Source: Eledone cirrhosa (taxonomy: Eukaryota). From it: a DNA stretch of 64,000 nt. Under the pieces are notes generated by a model. That model was given only the letters and a program-made list of their open reading frames with translations. It made no database searches and was not told the origin of the DNA. Where the stretch lies: positions 135,222,001 through 135,286,000 of the forward strand of contig OZ024743.1 of assembly GCA_964016885.1 (NCBI GenBank). Direction: 5' to 3'. Below, piece by piece: positions 49,501-61,500 of the stretch (the stretch's first letter is position 1; every line of letters begins with the position of its first letter). The translations under genes and the position numbers were made by a program.

Positions 49501-52500
49501 TGATTAGTGTTTGGTGATTGGTGCTTCGGTTTTGGTGTTTGGTGCTTCGGGTTTGGTGCTTGGTGCTTGCTGTTTGGTGTTTGGTGTTTGGTTCTTGGTG
49601 CTTGGTGTTTGGTGTATGGTGTTTGGTGCTTGGTGCTTGGTGCTTGGTGTTTGGTGCTTGGTGCTTGGTGCTTGGTGTTTGGTGCTGCGTGCTTGGTGTT
49701 TGGTGTTTGGTGCTTGGTGCCTGGTGCTTGTTTGGTTTTTGGTGCTTAGTGCTTGGTGTTTGGTGTTTGGTGCTTGGTGCTTGGTGGCTGGTGTTTGGTG
49801 CTTGGTGTTTGGTGTTTGGTGCTTGGTGCTTCGTGCATGGTGTTTCGTGCTTGGTGCTTGGTGCTTGGTGCTTGGTGTTTGGTGTTTGGTGCTTGGTGTT
49901 TGGTGTTTGGTACTTGGTGCTTGGTGCTTGGTGCTTGGTGTTTGGTGCTTGGTGCTTGGTGTTTGATGCTGCGTGCTTGGTGTTTGGTGTTTGGTGCTTG
50001 GTGCCTGGTGCTTGTTGTTTGGTGTTTGGTGCTTAGTGCTTGGTGTTTGGTGTTTGGTGCTTAGTGTTTGGTGTTTGGTGCTTGGTGCTTGGTACTTGGT
50101 GTTTGGTGTTTGGTGCTTGGTGCTTGGTGTTTGGTGCTTGGTGTTTGGTGTTTGGTGTTTGATGCTTGGTGTTTGCTGCTTGGTGCTTGGTGCTTGGTGT
50201 TTTGTGTTTGGTGCTTGGTGCTTGGTGCCTGGTGTTTGGTTTTTGGTGCTTGGTGTTTGGTGCTTGGTGCTTGGTGTTAAGTGTTTGGGGCTTGGTGCTT
50301 GGTGCATGGTGCTTGGTGTTTGGTGCTTGGTGCCTGGTGCTTGGTGCTTGGTGCTTGGTGTTAAGTGTTTGGGGCTTGGTGCTTGGAGCATGGTGCTTGG
50401 TGTTTGCTGCTTGGTGCCTGGTGCTTGGTGTTTGGTGCTTGGTGCTTGGTGTTTGGTGTTTGGTGTTTGGTGCTTGGTGCTTGGTGTTTGGTGCTTGGTG
50501 TTTGGTGCTTGGTGTTGGGTGCTTGGTGCTTGGTGCTTGGTGCTTGGTGTTTGATGTTTGGTCCTTGGTGCTTGGTGTTTGGTGCTTGGTGCTTGGTGTT
50601 TGGTGTTTGGTGCTTGCTGCTTGCTGCTTGGTGTTTGGTGCTTGGTGATTGTTCCTTGGTGTTTGGTGCTTGGTGCTTGGTGTTTGGTGTTTGGTGCTAG
50701 GTGCTTGGTGCTTGGTGCTTGGTGCTTGGTGTTTGGTGCTTGGTGCTTGGTGTTTGGTGTTTGGTGCTTGGCGCTTGGAGCTTGGTGTTTGGTGCTTAGT
50801 GCTTGGTGCTTGGTGCTTGGTGTTTGGTGCTTAGTGCTTGGTGCTTGGTGTTGGTGTTTGGTGTTTGGTGCTTCGTGTTTGGTGCTTGGTGCTTGGTGCT
50901 GGGTGGTTGGTGTTTGGTGCTTGGTGTTTGGTGTTTGGTGCTTGGTGCTTGGTGTTTGGTGCTTGTTGCTTGGTGCTTGGTGATTATTGTTTGGTGCTTG
51001 GTTCTTGGTGCCTGGTGCTTGGTGCTTGGTGCTTGTTGTTTGGTGCTTGGTGCTCGGTGATTAGTGTTTGGTGCTTGGTGCTTGGGGTTTGGTGTTTGGT
51101 GCCTGTGGTTTGGTGTTTGGTGCTTGGTGCTTGGTGTTTGGTGCTTGGTGCTTGGTGTTAAGTGTTTGGGGCTTGGTGCTTGGTGCTTGGTGTTTGGTCC
51201 TTGGTGTTGGGTGTTTGGTGCTTGGTGCTTGGTGGCTGGTGTTTGGTGCTTGGTGTTTGGTGTTTGGTGCTTGGTGCTTCGTGCATGGTGTTTCGTGCTT
51301 GGTGCTTGGTGCTTGGTGCTTTGTGTTTGGTGCTTGGTGTTTGGTATTTGGTACTTGGTGCTTGGTGCTTGGTGCTTGGTGTTTGGTGCTTGGTGCTTGG
51401 TGTTTGATGCTGCGTGCTTGGTGTTTGGTGTTTGGTGCTTGGTGCCTGGTGCTTGTTGTTTGGTGTTTGGTGCTTAGTGCTTGGTGTTTGGTGTTTGGTG
51501 CTTGGTGTTTGGTGTTTGGTGCTTGGTGCTTGGTACTTGGTGTTTGGTGTTTGGTGCTTGGTGCTTGGTGTTTGGTGCTTGGTGTTTGGTGTTTGGTGTT
51601 TGATGCTTGGTGTTTGCTGGTTGGTGCTTGGTGCTTGGTGTTTTGTGTTTGGTGCTTGGTGCTTGGTGCCTGGTGTTTGGTTTTTGGTGCTTGGTGTTTG
51701 GTGCTTGGTGCTTGGTGTTAAGTGTTTGGGGCTTGGTGCTTGGTGCATGGTGCTTGGTGTTTGGTGCTTGGTGTCTGGTGCTTGGTGCTTGGTGCTTGGT
51801 GTTAAGTGTTTGGGGCTTGGTGCTTGGAGCATGGTGCTTGGTGTTTGGTGCTTGGTGCCTGGTGCTTGGTGTTTGGTGCTTGGTGCTTGGTGTTTGGTGT
51901 TTGGTGTTTGGTGCTTGGTGCTTGGTGTTTGGTGCTTGGTGTTTGGTGCTTGGTGTTGGGTGCTAGGTGCTTGGTGCTTGGTGCTTGGTGTTTGATGCTG
52001 CGTGATTGGTGTTTGGTGTTTGGTGCTTGGTGCTTGGTGTTTGGTGCTTGGTGCTTGGTGCTTGGTGCTTGGTGCTTGGTGTTTGGTGCTTGGTGCTTGG
52101 TGATTAGCGTTTGGTGATTGGTGCTTGGGGTTTGGTGTTTGGTACTTGGTGTTTGGTGCTTGGTGCTTGCTGTTTGGTGTTTGGTGTTTGGTTCTTGGTG
52201 CTTGGTGTTTGGTGTTTGGTGTTTGGTGCTTGGTGCTTGGTGCTTGGTGTTTGGTGCTTGGTGCTTGGTGCTTGGTGTTTGGTGCTGCGTGCTTGGTGTT
52301 TGGTGTTTGGTGCTTGGTGCCTGCTGCTTGTTGTTTGGTGTTTGGTGCTAAGTGCTTGGTGTTTGGTGTTTGGTGCTTGGTGCTTGGTGGCTGGTGTTTG
52401 GTGCTTGGTGTTTGGTGTTTGGTGCTTGGTGCTTGGTGCCTGGTGTTTCGTGCTTGGTGCTTGGTGCTTGGTGTTTGGTGTTTGGTGCTTGCTGGTTGGT

Positions 52501-55500
52501 GTTTGGTACTTGGTGCTTGGTGTTTGGTGCTTGGTGCTTGGTGCTTTGTGTTTGATGCTGCGTGCTTGGTGTTTGGTGTTTGGTGCTTGGTGCTTGGTGT
52601 TTGGTGTTTCGTGCTTGGTGCCTGGTGCTTGTTGTTTGGTGTTTGCTGCTTGGTGCTTGGTGTTTGGTGTTTGGTGCTTGGTGCTTGGTATCTGGTGTTT
52701 GGTGCTTGGTGTTTGGTGTTTGGTGCTTGGTGCTTGGTGCTTGGTGTTTGGTGTTTGGTGCTTGGTGCTTGGTGTTTGGTGCTTGGTGTTTGGTGTTTGG
52801 TGTTTGATGCTTGGTGTTTGCTGCTTGGTGCTTGGTGCTTGGTGTTTTGTGTTTGGTGCTGGGTGCTTGGTGTTTGCTGCTTGGTGCTTGGTTTTTGGTG
52901 TTTGATGCTGCGTGCTTGGTGTTTGGTGTTTGGTGCTTGGTGCTTGGTGTTTGGTGTTTGGTGCTTGGTGCCTGGTGCTTGTTGTTTGGTGTTTGGTGCT
53001 TGGTGCTTGGTGTTTGGTGTTGTTGCTTGGTGCTTGGTGCTTGGTGCCTGGTGCTTGGTGCTTGGTGTTTGGTGCTTGGTGCTTGGTGCTTGGTGTTTGG
53101 TGATTGGTGCTTGGTGCTTGGTGTTTGGTGCTTGGTGCTTGGTGTTTGGTGCTTGGTGTTATGTGCTTGGTGTTTGGTGCTTGGTGCTTGGTGCTTGGTG
53201 TTAGGTGTTTGGAGCTTGGTGCTTGGTGTTTGATGTTTGGTCCTTGGTGCTTGGTGTTTGGTGCTTGGTGCTTGGTGTTTGGTGTTTGGTGCTTGCTGCT
53301 TGCTGCTTGGTGTTTGGTGCTTGGTGATTGGTACTTGGTGTTTGGTGCTTGGTGCTTGGTGTTTGGTGTTTGGTGCTAGGTGCTTGGTGCTTGGTGCTTG
53401 GTGTTTGGTGCTTGGTGCTTGGTGTTTGGTGTTTGGTGCTTGGTGCTTGGGGCTTGGTGTTTGGTGCTTAGTGCTTGGTGCTTGGTGTTTGGTGCTTGGT
53501 GCTTGGTGTTTGGTGTTTGGTGCTAGGTGCTTGGTGCTTGGTGTTTGGTGTTTGGTGCTTGGTGTTTGGTGCTTGGTGCTTGGTGCTTGGTGCTTATTGT
53601 TTGGTGCTTAGTACTTGGTGCTTCGTGCTTGGTCTTTGGTGCTTGGTGTTTGGTGTTTGGTGCTTGGTGCTTGGTGTTTGGTGCTTGGTGCTTGGTGCTT
53701 GGTGTTTGGTGCTTGGTGCTTGGTGCTTGGTGATTAGTGTTTGGTGCCTGGTGCTTGGTGCCTGGTGCTTGGTGCTTGGTGCTTGTTGTTTGGTGCTTGG
53801 TGCTTGGTGATTAGTGTTTGGTGCTTGGTGCTTGAGGTTTGGTGTTTGGTGCTTGGGGTTTGGTGTTTGGTGCTGGGTGCTTTGTGTTTGGTGCTTGGTA
53901 TTTGGTGCTTGGTGCTTGGTGTTCGGTGCTTGGTGCCTGGTGCTTGGTGTTTGGTGCTTGGTGCTTGGTGTTAGGTGATTGGTGCTTGGTGCTTGGTGCT
54001 TGGTGCTTGGTGTTAGGCGTTTGGTGCTTGGTGCTTGGTGTTTGATGTTTGGTCCTTGGTGCTTGGTGTTTGGTATTTGGTGCTTGGTGCTTGGTGTTTG
54101 GTGTTTGGTGCTTGGTGCTTGGTGTTTTGTGCTTTTAGCTTGGTGTTTGGTGTTTGGTGCTAGGGTCTTGGTGCTTGGTGCTTGGTGTTTGGTGCTTGGT
54201 GCTTGGTGTTTGGTGTTTGGTGCTTGGTGCGTGGGGCTTGGTGTTTGGTGCTTGGTGTTTGGTGCTTGGTGTTTGGTGCTTGCTGTTTGGTGCTTGGTGC
54301 TTGGTGTTTGGTGTTTGGTGTTTGGTGCTTGGTGCTTGGTGTTTGGTGCTTGGTGCTTGGTGCTTGGTGCTTGGTGCTTGGTGTTTGGTGCTTGGTGCTT
54401 GGTGATTAGCGTTTGGTGATTGGTGCTTGGGGTTTGGTGTTTGGTACTTGGTGTTTGGTGCTTGGTGCTTGCTGTTTGGTGTTTGGTGTTTGGTTCTTGG
54501 TGCTTGGTGTTTGGTGTTTGGTGTTTGGTGCTTGGTGCTTGGTGCTTGGTGTTTGGTGCTTGGTGCTTGGTGCTTGGTGTTTGGTGCTGCGTGCTTGGTG
54601 TTTGGTGTTTGGTGCTTGGTGCCTGCTGCTTGTTGTTTGGTGTTTGGTGCTAAGTGCTTGGTGTTTGGTGTTTGGTGCTTGGTGCTTGGTGGCTGGTGTT
54701 TGGTGCTTGGTGTTTGGTGTTTGGTGCTTGGTGCTTGGTGCCTGGTGTTTCGTGCTTGGTGCTTGGTGCTTGGTGTTTGGTGTTTGGTGCTTGGTGGTTG
54801 GTGTTTGGTACTTGGTGCTTGGTGTTTGGTGCTTGGTGCTTGGTGCTTTGTGTTTGATGCTGCGTGCTTGGTGTTTGGTGTTTGGTGTTTCGTGCTTGGT
54901 GCCTGGTGCTTGTTGTTTGGTGTTTGCTGCTTGGTGCTTGGTGTTTCGTGTTTGGTGCTTGGTGCTTGGTATCTGGTGTTTGGTGCTTGGTGTTTGGAGT
55001 TTGGTGCTTGGTGCTTGGTGCTTGGTGTTTGGTGTTTGGTGCTTGGTGCTTGGTGTTTGGTGCTTGGTGTTTGGTGTTTGGTGTTTGATGCTTGGTGTTT
55101 GCTGCTTGGTGCTTGGTGCTTGGTGTTTTGTGTTTGGTGCTGGGTGCTTGGTGCCTGGTGCTTGGTGCTTGGTGCTTGTTGTTTGGTGCTTGGTGCTTGG
55201 TGATTAGTGTTTGGTGCTTGGTGCTTGCGGTTTGGTGTTTCGTGCTTGGAGTTTGGTGTTTGGTGCTTGGTGCTTGGTGTTTGGTGCTTGGTGCTTGGTG
55301 TTTGGTGCTTGGTGCCTGGTGCTTGGTGTTTGCTGCTTGGTGCTTGGTGTTTGGTGCTTATTGTTTGGTGCTTGGTGCTTGGTGCTTGGTGCTTGGTGTT
55401 AGGTGTTTGGTGCTTGGTGCTTGGTGTTTGGTGCTTGGTGCCTGGTGCTTGGTGTTTGCTGCTTGGTGCTTGGTGTTTGGTGCTTATTGTTTGGTGCTTG
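46580..55500 (+). repeat. ~8.9-kb higher-order repeat, copy 1
   Basis: ORF pairs 46593/55512, 47769/56688 and 48968/57887 are offset by 8919; 49507/58447, 51414/60354 and 54654/63594 are offset by 8940 (a 21-bp, 3-monomer indel near 49160/58100). Confidence 0.92.
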
Positions 55501-58500
55501 GTGCTTGATGTTTGGTCCTTGGTGCTTGGTGTTTGGTGCTTGGTGCTTGGTGTTTGGTGTTTGGTGCTTGCTGCTTGCTGCTTGGTGTTTGGTGCTTGGT
55601 GATTGGTACTTGGTGTTTGGTGCTTGGTGCTTGGTGTTTGGTGTTTGGTGCTAGGTGCTTGGTGCTTGGTGCTTGGTGTTTGGTGCTTGGTGCTTGGTGT
55701 TTGGTGTTTGGTGCTTGGTGCTTGGGGCTTGGTGTTTGGTGCTTAGTGCTTGGTGCTTGGTGTTTGGTGCTTGGTGCTTGGTGTTTGGTGTTTGGTGCTA
55801 GGTGCTTGGTGCTTGGTGTTTGGTGTTTGGTGCTTGGTGTTTGGTGCTTGGTGCTTGGTGCTTGGTGCTTATTGTTTGGTGCTTGGTACTTGGTGCTTGG
55901 TGCTTGGTCTTTGGTGCTTGGTGTTTGGTGTTTGGTGCTTGGTGCTTGGTGTTTGGTGCTTGGTGCTTGGTGCTTGGTGTTTGGTGCTTGGTGCTTGGTG
56001 CTTGGTGATTAGTGTTTGGTGCCTGGTGCTTGGTGCCTGGTGCTTGGTGCTTGGTGCTTGTTGTTTGGTGCTTGGTGCTTGGTGATTAGTGTTTGGTGCT
56101 TGGTGCTTGAGGTTTGGTGTTTGGTGCTTGGGGTTTGGTGTTTGGTGCTGGGTGCTTTGTGTTTGGTGCTTGGTATTTGGTGCTTGGTGCTTGGTGTTCG
56201 GTGCTTGGTGCCTGGTGCTTGGTGTTTGGTGCTTGGTGCTTGGTGTTAGGTGATTGGTGCTTGGTGCTTGGTGCTTGGTGCTTGGTGTTAGGCGTTTGGT
56301 GCTTGGTGCTTGGTGTTTGATGTTCGGTCCTTGGTGCTTGGTGTTTGGTATTTGGTGCTTGGTGCTTGGTGTTTGGTGTTTGGTGCTTGGTGCTTGGTGT
56401 TTTGTGCTTTTTGCTTGGTGTTTGGTGTTTGGTGCTAGGGTCTTGGTGCTTGGTGCTTGGTGTTTGGTGCTTGGTGCTTGGTGTTTGGTGTTTGGTGCTT
56501 GGTGTGTGGGTCTTGGTGTTTGGTGCTTGGTGTTTGGTGCTTGGTGTTTGGTGCTTGCTGTTTGGTGCTTGGTGCTTGGTGTTTGGTGTTTGGTGTTTGG
56601 TGCTTGGTGCTTGGTGTTTGGTGCTTGGTGCTTGGTGCTTGGTGCTTGGTGCTTGGTGTTTGGTGCTTGGTGCTTGGTGATTAGCGTTTGGTGATTGGTG
56701 CTTGGGGTTTGGTGTTTGGTACTTGGTGTTTGGTGCTTGGTGCTTGCTGTTTGGTGTTTGGTGTTTGGTTCTTGGTGCTTGGTGTTTGGTGTTTGGTGTT
56801 TGGTGCTTGGTGCTTGGTGCTTGGTGTTTGGTGCTTGGTGCTTGGTGCTTGGTGTTTGGTGCTGCGTGCTTGGTGTTTGGTGTTTGGTGCTTGGTGCCTG
56901 CTGCTTGTTGTTTGGTGTTTGGTGCTAAGTGCTTGGTGTTTGGTGTTTGGTGCTTGGTGCTTGGTGGCTGGTGTTTGGTGCTTGGTGTTTGGTGTTTGGT
57001 GCTTGGTGCTTGGTGCCTGGTGTTTCGTGCTTGGTGCTTGGTGCTTGGTGTTTGGTGTTTGGTGCTTGGTGGTTGGTGTTTGGTACTTGGTGCTTGGTGT
57101 TTGGTGCTTGGTGCTTGGTGCTTTGTGTTTGATGCTGCGTGCTTGGTGTTTGGTGTTTGGTGCTTGGTGCTTGGTGTTTGGTGTTTCGTGCTTGGTGCCT
57201 GGTGCTTGTTGTTTGGTGTTTGCTGCTTGGTGCTTGGTGTTTCGTGTTTGGTGCTTTGTGCTTGGTATCTGGTGTTTGGTGCTTGGTGTTTGGAGTTTGG
57301 TGCTTGGTGCTTGGTGCTTGGTGTTTGGTGTTTGGTGCTTGGTGCTTGGTGTTTGGTGCTTGGTGTTTGGTGTTTGGTGTTTGATGCTTGGTGTTTGCTG
57401 CTTGGTGCTTGGTGCTTGGTGTTTTGTGTTTGGTGCTGGGTGCTTGGTGCCTGGTGCTTGGTGCTTGGTGCTTGTTGTTTGGTGCTTGGTGCTTGGTGAT
57501 TAGTGTTTGGTGCTTGGTGCTTGCGGTTTGGTGTTTCGTGCTTGGAGTTTGGTGTTTGGTGCTTGGTGCTTGGATTTTGGTGCTTGGTGCTTGGTGTTTG
57601 GTGCTTGGTGCCTGGTGCTTGGTGTTTGCTGCTTGGTGCTTGGTGTTTGGTGCTTATTGTTTGGTGCTTGGTGCTTGGTGCTTGGTGCTTGGTGTTAGGT
57701 GTTTGGTGCTTGGTGCTTGGTGATTGATGTTTGGTGCTTGGTGTTTGGTGCTTGGTGCTTGGTTTTGGTGTTTGGTGCTTGCTGCTTGCTGCTTGGTGTT
57801 TGGTGCTTGGTGATTGGTGCTTGGTGTTTTGTGCTTGGTGCTTGGTGTTTGGTGTTTGGTGCTAGGGGCTTGGTGCTTGGTGCTCGGTGATTAGTGTTTG
57901 GTGCTTGGTGCTTCAGGTTTGGTGTTTGGTGCTTGTGGCTTGGTGTTTGGTGCTGGGTGCTTGGTGCTTGTTGTTTGGTGCTTGGTGCTCGGTGATTAGT
58001 GTTTGGTGCTTGGTGCTTGGGGTTTGGGGTTTGGTGCTTGTGGTTTGGTGTTTGGTGCTTGGTGCTTGGTGTTTGGTGCTTGGTGTTTGGTGCTTGGTGC
58101 TTTGTGTTTGGTGCTTGGTGCTTGGTGTTTGCTGCTTGGTGTTTGGTGCTTGGTGCTTGGTGTTTGGTGTTTGGTGCTTGGTGTTTGGTGTTTGGTGCTT
58201 GGTGCTTGGTACTTGGTGTTTGGTGTTTGGTGCTTGGTGCTTGGTGTTTGGTGTTTGGTGTTAGGTGTTTGGTGCTTGGTGCTTGGTGTTTGGTCCTTGG
58301 TGCTTGTTGCTTGGACTTTGGTGCTTGGGGTTTGGTGTTTGGTGCTTGGTGCTTGGTGTTTGGTGCTTGGTGCTTGGTGCTTGGTGCTTGGTGTTTGGTG
58401 CTTGCTGCTTGGTGCTTGGTGTTTGGTGCTTGGTGCTTGGTGATTAGTGTTTGGTGATTGGTGCTTCGGTTTTGGTGTTTGGTGCTTCGGGTTTGGTGCT

Positions 58501-61500
58501 TGGTGCTTGCTGTTTGGTGTTTGGTGTTTGGTTCTTGGTGCTTGGTGTTTGGTGTATGGTGTTTGGTGCTTGGTGCTTGGTGCTTGGTGTTTGGTGCTTG
58601 GTGCTTGGTGCTTGGTGTTTGGTGCTGCGTGCTTGGTGTTTGGTGTTTGGTGCTTGGTGCCTGGTGCTTGTTTGGTTTTTGGTGCTTAGTGCTTGGTGTT
58701 TGGTGTTTGGTGCTTGGTGCTTGGTGGCTGGTGTTTGGTGCTTGGTGTTTGGTGTTTGGTGCTTGGTGCTTCGTGCATGGTGTTTCGTGCTTGGTGCTTG
58801 GTGCTTGGTGCTTGGTGTTTGGTGTTTGGTGCTTGGTGTTTGGTGTTTGGTACTTGGTGCTTGGTGCTTGGTGCTTGGTGTTTGGTGCTTGGTGCTTGGT
58901 GTTTGATGCTGCGTGCTTGGTGTTTGGTGTTTGGTGCTTGGTGCCTGGTGCTTGTTGTTTGGTGTTTGGTGCTTAGTGCTTGGTGTTTGGTGTTTGGTGC
59001 TTAGTGTTTGGTGTTTGGTGCTTGGTGCTTGGTACTTGGTGTTTGGTGTTTGGTGCTTGGTGCTTGGTGTTTGGTGCTTGGTGTTTGGTGTTTGGTGTTT
59101 GATGCTTGGTGTTTGCTGCTTGGTGCTTGGTGCTTGGTGTTTTGTGTTTGGTGCTTGGTGCTTGGTGCCTGGTGTTTGGTTTTTGGTGCTTGGTGTTTGG
59201 TGCTTGGTGCTTGGTGTTAAGTGTTTGGGGCTTGGTGCTTGGTGCATGGTGCTTGGTGTTTGGTGCTTGGTGCCTGGTGCTTGGTGCTTGGTGCTTGGTG
59301 TTAAGTGTTTGGGGCTTGGTGCTTGGAGCATGGTGCTTGGTGTTTGCTGCTTGGTGCCTGGTGCTTGGTGTTTGGTGCTTGGTGCTTGGTGTTTGGTGTT
59401 TGGTGTTTGGTGCTTGGTGCTTGGTGTTTGGTGCTTGGTGTTTGGTGCTTGGTGTTGGGTGCTTGGTGCTTGGTGCTTGGTGCTTGGTGTTTGATGTTTG
59501 GTCCTTGGTGCTTGGTGTTTGGTGCTTGGTGCTTGGTGTTTGGTGTTTGGTGCTTGCTGCTTGCTGCTTGGTGTTTGGTGCTTGGTGATTGTTCCTTGGT
59601 GTTTGGTGCTTGGTGCTTGGTGTTTGGTGTTTGGTGCTAGGTGCTTGGTGCTTGGTGCTTGGTGCTTGGTGTTTGGTGCTTGGTGCTTGGTGTTTGGTGT
59701 TTGGTGCTTGGCGCTTGGAGCTTGGTGTTTGGTGCTTAGTGCTTGGTGCTTGGTGCTTGGTGTTTGGTGCTTAGTGCTTGGTGCTTGGTGTTGGTGTTTG
59801 GTGTTTGGTGCTTCGTGTTTGGTGCTTGGTGCTTGGTGCTGGGTGGTTGGTGTTTGGTGCTTGGTGTTTGGTGTTTGGTGCTTGGTGCTTGGTGTTTGGT
59901 GCTTGTTGCTTGGTGCTTGGTGATTATTGTTTGGTGCTTGGTTCTTGGTGCCTGGTGCTTGGTGCTTGGTGCTTGTTGTTTGGTGCTTGGTGCTCGGTGA
60001 TTAGTGTTTGGTGCTTGGTGCTTGGGGTTTGGTGTTTGGTGCCTGTGGTTTGGTGTTTGGTGCTTGGTGCTTGGTGTTTGGTGCTTGGTGCTTGGTGTTA
60101 AGTGTTTGGGGCTTGGTGCTTGGTGCTTGGTGTTTGGTCCTTGGTGTTGGGTGTTTGGTGCTTGGTGCTTGGTGGCTGGTGTTTGGTGCTTGGTGTTTGG
60201 TGTTTGGTGCTTGGTGCTTCGTGCATGGTGTTTCGTGCTTGGTGCTTGGTGCTTGGTGCTTTGTGTTTGGTGCTTGGTGTTTGGTGTTTGGTACTTGGTG
60301 CTTGGTGCTTGGTGCTTGGTGTTTGGTGCTTGGTGCTTGGTGTTTGATGCTGCGTGCTTGGTGTTTGGTGTTTGGTGCTTGGTGCCTGGTGCTTGTTGTT
60401 TGGTGTTTGGTGCTTAGTGCTTGGTGTTTGGTGTTTGGTGCTTGGTGTTTGGTGTTTGGTGCTTGGTGCTTGGTACTTGGTGTTTGGTGTTTGGTGCTTG
60501 GTGCTTGGTGTTTGGTGCTTGGTGTTTGGTGTTTGGTGTTTGATGCTTGGTGTTTGCTGGTTGGTGCTTGGTGCTTGGTGTTTTGTGTTTGGTGCTTGGT
60601 GCTTGGTGCCTGGTGTTTGGTTTTTGGTGCTTGGTGTTTGGTGCTTGGTGCTTGGTGTTAAGTGTTTGGGGCTTGGTGCTTGGTGCATGGTGCTTGGTGT
60701 TTGGTGCTTGGTGCCTGGTGCTTGGTGCTTGGTGCTTGGTGTTAAGTGTTTGGGGCTTGGTGCTTGGAGCATGGTGCTTGGTGTTTGGTGCTTGGTGCCT
60801 GGTGCTTGGTGTTTGGTGCTTGGTGCTTGGTGTTTGGTGTTTGGTGTTTGGTGCTTGGTGCTTGGTGTTTGGTGCTTGGTGTTTGGTGCTTGGTGTTGGG
60901 TGCTAGGTGCTTGGTGCTTGGTGCTTGGTGTTTGATGCTGCGTGATTGGTGTTTGGTGTTTGGTGCTTGGTGCTTGGTGTTTGGTGCTTGGTGCTTGGTG
61001 CTTGGTGCTTGGTGCTTGGTGTTTGGTGCTTGGTGCTTGGTGATTAGCGTTTGGTGATTGGTGCTTGGGGTTTGGTGTTTGGTACTTGGTGTTTGGTGCT
61101 TGGTGCTTGCTGTTTGGTGTTTGGTGTTTGGTTCTTGGTGCTTGGTGTTTGGTGTTTGGTGTTTGGTGCTTGGTGCTTGGTGCTTGGTGTTTGGTGCTTG
61201 GTGCTTGGTGCTTGGTGTTTGGTGCTGCGTGCTTGGTGTTTGGTGTTTGGTGCTTGGTGCCTGCTGCTTGTTGTTTGGTGTTTGGTGCTAAGTGCTTGGT
61301 GTTTGGTGTTTGGTGCTTGGTGCTTGGTGGCTGGTGTTTGGTGCTTGGTGTTTGGTGTTTGGTGCTTGGTGCTTGGTGCCTGGTGTTTCGTGCTTGGTGC
61401 TTGGTGCTTGGTGTTTGGTGTTTGGTGCTTGGTGGTTGGTGTTTGGTACTTGGTGCTTGGTGTTTGGTGCTTGGTGCTTGGTGCTTTGTGTTTGATGCTG

